A DNA stretch of 64,000 nucleotides from Schmidtea nova (Eukaryota). The first letter of the stretch is position 1. Every line of letters begins with the position of its first letter. Of the stretch, positions 59,901 to 64,000 are shown one piece after another. The position numbers and the translations under genes were made by a program. Below the pieces are notes generated by a model. That model was given only the letters and a program-made list of their open reading frames with translations. It searched no databases and was not told where the DNA came from. The DNA is taken from positions 36,642,001 to 36,706,000 of the forward strand of contig CM097884.1 of NCBI GenBank assembly GCA_044892505.1, in the 5' to 3' direction.

Positions 59901-62287
59901 GAATATACACCACTTCATCCGGAACAAGAACTAAAACGATAACACGAAAAAATAAAAGAAGACAACGAAACAAAGGGAAACCGAAGTACACCACTACCTT
60001 TAAAAACAATAAACAACCGATAAGCCAAGAAGTTACGACAAAATCCGAGAAAAAGACATCAGCAACTCTGACATTATGGAAAATAGAGAATAAAACATTG
60101 GAGATATGTTGGATAATAGTCCAGAAATATATAAGAAGACAATCAAGAGAGTGCAGAAAAACAAATAAAGAAATCAAGATCGAAAAACTACAATTTAATA
60201 GCGAGTATGAAGTATGTGCCATAGAAAAAACGGACGCACTAGGAAACCAACAAGAAAGATGCGTAACCTACTATACACCAGTAAACGCAACATCAAAAGG
60301 AATAACAAGGAAACTCGAATTCAGGGAACTAAGCCAAACGAATGAACAAATGGACGCAGAAAAAACAATAACCGACCCTCAAGCAAAATGGACACCTGAA
60401 GAAGTTATCAAAGAAGTCAAAAGAAAGCAAGAGGAACGAGAACAATTAATGAGAAAACTAAAGGGACAATACGGAATAATGTTCAACCAAAGCGAACCTA
60501 TACCAACAGACGAGAATAAAGAAATTAAAGAACTAATCGGCTTAGGAATACTAACAGCAACCATACCAGTAATAATCGCGTTATCAGCTATATGGATACG
60601 CAAGATAAGCCCAAGAAAATCAACAACCCAATGGCTAAATATAGATAATACAAGCCATGGAGTAGAAATACTAGAAGGAAAAGCACGAGAAGAACCAAAT
60701 AAGAAAGAAGCGAAAAGCGGAAAACTAGGAATAAACAACAAAGACAAGGAAATAAAAGAGATTAAAGGCAAAGAGAAAAAATATGAAAGGCGGACCAGAA
60801 GCCTACCGCAGAGTTCAAAATGGTTGGGTCTAACAATAATATTGACATTAATCAATAGGGAAGAAGCAATAAACCCACAGACAAGGATAAAAGTAATAAA
60901 TGTCCAGGAAGTCGAGAAAATATGTTGGTATAGAGAAGATGAACCAATTGGAGAAAATAACCCACTAAAATGCATAATCAGAAAATCCGACCAGGATATC
61001 GTACGAATAGAAGAAATGGATGGAGGAACCATGCATCGGATATGCATAATAGAAAAGGAAAAGAAGTCGGGGCTACCTAAGACAGTCGTATGCCAGAAAT
61101 ATGAAACGCCTAGACTTGAATGGTATAGAGTAAAACCAACAAAGAAAGAAATCAAAAACACAATAGATCAACCAGCAACTCAGATAAGAAACACAACGGA
61201 TAAACCAGGAGAAGGGGAGAGAAGCATAAATAACACGAGAGAAGGAGCATCACCCCAACAAGATGTCGTATGCATAGCGTTAATAATAGCAATGTCCAAA
61301 CGTATCAACAAAGGAATAACAATAGAACAAATGGCCATGACAATAAGGAGAAAAGGCCGGAGTAGCAACAAAATATGCTGGGGATGGTACAACGAACAAA
61401 AAGAATACCAAGTTCAGACAAGCGACGAATCACGAACAAACAAGGAAACCGAAATACAAGAAATACAAATGGACGGAGAAGGAAGTATATGTATATGGGA
61501 GAAAGGAATCCAAGAAGATCAACCCGGAATAGAAAAGTGCAAGACATTCCAAAAAGGAGAAATTCTGAAATTCGATGAAAAAGAATTAACCAAAACAGAA
61601 AGAACTCTGACATTAACAGGACTTGATCAGACAGTGAAAGGAATATGTTGGACAAAACATAACCCAGAAGGAGAAGAAGGTAACCTAACCCACTGTAAAG
61701 AAACAGGGAATAAGGAAAATGTCGAATTAAAGAAAATGGAAGTAAATAGGACATACGCGATATGTACCTTCACCAGAAAAGGTTCAGAAAAACCAGAATG
61801 CGGATTATATCAGATCTCAGAGAAACTACAACAACAGATCGAACCAGGAAACATGGAAAACCGAACAAAAGAAAATAACGTCAAACAACTACTAAACCGC
61901 CATTGGTCTACCCAAGAAGTAATGAACAAAGTCAAGAGTCAAATACAGAAAGAGAAGAAGCCAGAGGCTCAAACCCAAAATGAGATAAAAGCGAATCAGA
62001 AGAAAATCAAAGCAACAAACCGTGGAAAAACAGTAATAGGACTAATCAGTATAGGAATATTAATAGCATATGGGATAATGACGACAAGCATGATAATATA
62101 TTGGAGATACAGAAAGAAAAACAAAGCGACAGCCATACAATGGCCAGATATAAAAATTATGAAGCAAAGAATAGAAATACCAGAAGAGATACAGCAAGAA
62201 TTCCAAAGAAGAACGAAAGGTAAAGAATTCTGGAAACAAATAGAAGATGAAGAACGATACGAGGAAAAGACGATAATGATGGTATAG
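56954..62287 (+). CDS. Polyprotein part 3: ankyrin repeats, then two related membrane modules with FN3-like domains
   Basis: ETPLMTAA, KTVLNHVI, PIHRAL, DTLMVFAA and SILDVAL ankyrin motifs; repeated CW...C...IxxLxxxxxYxIC...C..YxT FN3-like units; six hydrophobic segments. Confidence 0.85.
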   Translation: MDIGNREQETPLMTAAIHQADKEMIDLLIKAHFSWTERDREDKTVLNHVIWSSHQPMLKYIIANSTWEIDELVKGDIIKEAIKIGKCNTIRKLIKWKRPEDDTWVLDINEVYSEGQNALLRYLLKFTCDQKTLLTLLDRGNINITKNEEEYKFDKEKEALFNKIRKWCAKPLDKLITYKDINNFNEKYQTIVSEYEELVKILNHPEKCKQVLEKKERESNKKLTPLFKAEAPYQARLDAIQEKAKELLPEFENSKHALEILGALVEKVHAYAKGTYNGNDIVIIKKEMPVTFLLPKDGIMPIHRALRNGKDRKVMEIARVMLNCGSNMNMIDEKGDTLMVFAARAKTKTKVLEELYKAGAGLTGKTDKDNSILDVALLTHNWEMVNFIKTVPNQEEIDHLTETVKKPSVLAMMNNVELTESILTWINPNTNEPAFRINKFTEHNQNWCIRSALITYKWPEILKMFMERKDLRITTSPKEEKYTGKWKELMKTYINNWIKAKKEILEYKSTNKVIPEQVETQEFEASNLTTLAYAKLIEEINVEDDIFDEPGGDDNTDSDDGNNSENSSDHEPPDKEENERKDKKRDKEGKKGEDEKQRDEEREQGTNDQGDTQRTGYKSTIKPFFKPELLLLTMIITLINPSQGMTCEERAIIQIKNAKGIERVCWSKKDKTTEQNSPMDCRISKHEQEIIEINDLDLDTWYKICTVRKQKHPRSHNTIACAKYQTPKAAMTIQQSPKGDYILGKCGRTETQGTENKKPQVIDKQTTPTIRITIKRPEARVATNETERVSYQMEVLCLALILIMIKRLEEGIEIETMTITEVEDTQNTNIKCWARNNEEIGVNEIRKSRKPTTNKVIKVSKVKADKTYKLCLLEKETNKKGTTKCKTFQPGEVIKFRRRTRKRNKQIKQKLNITLEIKEIEPNVKGVCWRKYEKETNERKTPQCRTSTGATTIQIKGLESKQTYEICLVKKNDQITINDLECGIYTTSSGTRTKTITRKNKRRQRNKGKPKYTTTFKNNKQPISQEVTTKSEKKTSATLTLWKIENKTLEICWIIVQKYIRRQSRECRKTNKEIKIEKLQFNSEYEVCAIEKTDALGNQQERCVTYYTPVNATSKGITRKLEFRELSQTNEQMDAEKTITDPQAKWTPEEVIKEVKRKQEEREQLMRKLKGQYGIMFNQSEPIPTDENKEIKELIGLGILTATIPVIIALSAIWIRKISPRKSTTQWLNIDNTSHGVEILEGKAREEPNKKEAKSGKLGINNKDKEIKEIKGKEKKYERRTRSLPQSSKWLGLTIILTLINREEAINPQTRIKVINVQEVEKICWYREDEPIGENNPLKCIIRKSDQDIVRIEEMDGGTMHRICIIEKEKKSGLPKTVVCQKYETPRLEWYRVKPTKKEIKNTIDQPATQIRNTTDKPGEGERSINNTREGASPQQDVVCIALIIAMSKRINKGITIEQMAMTIRRKGRSSNKICWGWYNEQKEYQVQTSDESRTNKETEIQEIQMDGEGSICIWEKGIQEDQPGIEKCKTFQKGEILKFDEKELTKTERTLTLTGLDQTVKGICWTKHNPEGEEGNLTHCKETGNKENVELKKMEVNRTYAICTFTRKGSEKPECGLYQISEKLQQQIEPGNMENRTKENNVKQLLNRHWSTQEVMNKVKSQIQKEKKPEAQTQNEIKANQKKIKATNRGKTVIGLISIGILIAYGIMTTSMIIYWRYRKKNKATAIQWPDIKIMKQRIEIPEEIQQEFQRRTKGKEFWKQIEDEERYEEKTIMMV

Positions 62288-62412
62288 GGGCGGATTATGA
62301 CTGTAAATAATAGTGTAAATAACAAAGCATTACCGTAATAGTATGGGTATCGATATTATAAAAATTGTAAAAAGCTAGAAAAACAAAGTAAATGATGTAT
62401 ATAATTTAGAAA

Positions 62413-62769
62413 ATGACCGAACAGGACGAAACAACTGAAATAACTATGGCTATGAGATGGAAAGCACAATGTGATTTATTAGTACGAACAGTCAACTCAT
62501 TACAGAACCAATTAGCGGAAAGACAAATGTTATTATCAGAAAGTTATAACAACTGTTTCGAACAATTACACAGAATAGAAGAACAACAAAGAGTGATAAC
62601 CGAGCTCACCAGAGAAAATCAAAATATAAGCAATATCAATCAAAGACAAGCAATAGAAATAAACCATTTAACACGAGGAGAAAGAGAAGGATCCGAAGAA
62701 GGATGGATGAGTTGGGTAATAAATAGACTAAACAACGAAGCGGAACCAGATTCAACGAATGAGCCATAG
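62413..62769 (+). CDS. 118-aa coiled-coil accessory ORF
   Basis: Q/E-rich heptads, element-like codon style, TTTAG-AAA-ATG context. Confidence 0.6.
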   Translation: MTEQDETTEITMAMRWKAQCDLLVRTVNSLQNQLAERQMLLSESYNNCFEQLHRIEEQQRVITELTRENQNISNINQRQAIEINHLTRGEREGSEEGWMSWVINRLNNEAEPDSTNEP

Positions 62770-62861
62770 ATAAATAAAGCGGAAAATTGTAAATATGTAA
62801 AAATAAAAACAAGAAAAACCAAAAATAAATGACAAGTCGAATGTATATATTATTGTAGAGA

Positions 62862-64000
62862 ATGGACAGAGAAGAACGAATAATCGAGATTTTGAGATTA
62901 GAAAACAGAAAATGGAGCAAGAGGCTCACATGCGGAAAATGTAACAATTTATTACGAGAACCCAGACAAACGATATGTGGATGTAGAATATGTACAAAAT
63001 GTATACAAGAATTAGATACCACCGGAATAACAACATGCCCAGAATGTAAAGAAGGAGGAATAGTGTTGGACGAAACCAGAACGGACAAAGCAACCCAAAG
63101 AGAAATTATGAGCACCACAACGGAGTGCGTAAATACACCTTGTACATGGCAAGGACAAATAAGTAATCTAGAAAACCATATGGAAAAGTGCGAGGAGAAA
63201 AGAACCGAATGCGAGAAGTGCCAACAGACAATAATTCTAAAGAAGAGAGAACAACACAAGGAAGAATGTAAAGAAGAAGAAATCGCATGCGAGTATTGTG
63301 AAGCCCGAGAAACAAGGAGAAAAATCGAAGAGGAACACTTGAATATAACAGAGGAGAAAGTATGCAGACAATATGTAAGTAAATGTCCAAACAATTGCGA
63401 AATAACAGAAGAAGTAAAGTTACATGAACATTGGAAAGTATGTACCGAAAGACCAAGAGAATGTCCATATAACAAACAGGGATGCAAAGAAAAGCGGACG
63501 CGGCAATCAATGAAACAACACCTAGAAGAAGCAGCACTAACACATGTGGAAATGACAAACGAAACGACAAAAGAAACGGAACAGACAATCCAGAAATTAG
63601 AAAAAGAAGTAGAATCACATAAGATAATGATGAGTTTACTACTAGAAACAAGAGAGCAGTTTGAACTAACTCGCGAAAGAATGGAAAAGAAAATAATAGC
63701 CATAGAAGAATTAGGAAAAGGAATGAAAATACAATATAATCAATTAATACGAGAAATTGACGAAAGAAGGGACTTACCAATCGCACCTTACCTATGGAAA
63801 GTAACAGATTTCAGAGACAAACTAGCAGAAGCCAGAAATATGACGAAAACAGCAGTAATAAGCCCACCATTTTATTTATGGAAAAACGGGGTTAAAATAA
63901 GATTGAAAGTATACCCAAATGGAGACGGAAGAGGACAAGGAACACACGTGTCAATATTTTTCTCGCTATGTAAAGGAGAATACGATGACCTAATAGAATG
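62862..64000 (+). CDS. TRAF: Intronless TRAF-family protein (RING, TRAF zinc fingers, coiled coil, MATH/TRAF-C); 3' end beyond the window and absent from the ORF track
   Basis: My translation: CGKCNNLLREPRQTICGCRICTKC...CPEC; CVNTPCTWQGQISNLENHMEKC; CPYNKQGC...HLEE; YLWKVTDF...SPPFY...LKVYPNGDGRGQGTHVSIFFSLCKGEYDDLIEW. Confidence 0.93.
   Translation, partial: MDREERIIEILRLENRKWSKRLTCGKCNNLLREPRQTICGCRICTKCIQELDTTGITTCPECKEGGIVLDETRTDKATQREIMSTTTECVNTPCTWQGQISNLENHMEKCEEKRTECEKCQQTIILKKREQHKEECKEEEIACEYCEARETRRKIEEEHLNITEEKVCRQYVSKCPNNCEITEEVKLHEHWKVCTERPRECPYNKQGCKEKRTRQSMKQHLEEAALTHVEMTNETTKETEQTIQKLEKEVESHKIMMSLLLETREQFELTRERMEKKIIAIEELGKGMKIQYNQLIREIDERRDLPIAPYLWKVTDFRDKLAEARNMTKTAVISPPFYLWKNGVKIRLKVYPNGDGRGQGTHVSIFFSLCKGEYDDLIE

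Larger units (their letters stand above)
39641..64000 (+). mobile_element. Giant Ty3/Gypsy LTR retroelement with env-like and accessory genes; runs off the window
   Basis: LTR, PBS, gag and PR-RT-RH-IN order, with a uniform A-rich coding style through 64000. No 3' LTR within the window. Confidence 0.93.

Noticed and set aside
45193-63786. Many minus-strand ORFs, e.g. 45193-45762, 60379-61161, 62636-63703
   Set aside because: Leu/Phe/Ser-rich antisense shadows of the A-rich sense ORFs; no domains.
1-64000. Naming the host species (planarian)
   Set aside because: AT content, micro-introns and Burro-like architecture are suggestive but not diagnostic.

Overview
AT-rich eukaryotic (most likely invertebrate) genomic DNA with N-filled gaps. 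Bases ~1-35.5 kb hold a + strand DNMBP/Tuba-type RhoGEF gene (DH, BAR, two SH3 domains). Its 40-52 nt micro-introns alternate with large introns full of decayed TEs (Tigger/pogo, Penelope-like, hAT, Chapaev-like, a non-autonomous Maverick/Polinton carrying a piggyBac fragment, solo LTRs). An intronless ARM-like ORF follows at 38.3-39.3 kb. From 39641 to beyond the window end lies a giant (>24 kb) Ty3/Gypsy LTR element. It has a ~3.2 kb ORF-containing 5' LTR, a tRNA-Pro-like PBS, an IAP-type RING ORF and two tandem arrays in the leader. One ~5,670-codon reading frame, broken only by two in-frame TAAs, encodes Gag, ubiquitin-like domains, a Bcl-2-like domain, a chuvirus-type envelope glycoprotein placed BEFORE protease, PR-RT-RNaseH-IN, ankyrin repeats and two duplicated FN3-like membrane modules. 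Downstream are a coiled-coil ORF and an intronless TRAF gene. This looks like an enveloped retroelement with a virus-like toolkit for apoptosis, ubiquitin and immune signalling. It resembles the giant 'Burro' Gypsy elements reported from planarians, so novelty must be checked against those. All domain calls are by-eye motif recognition; no searches were run.
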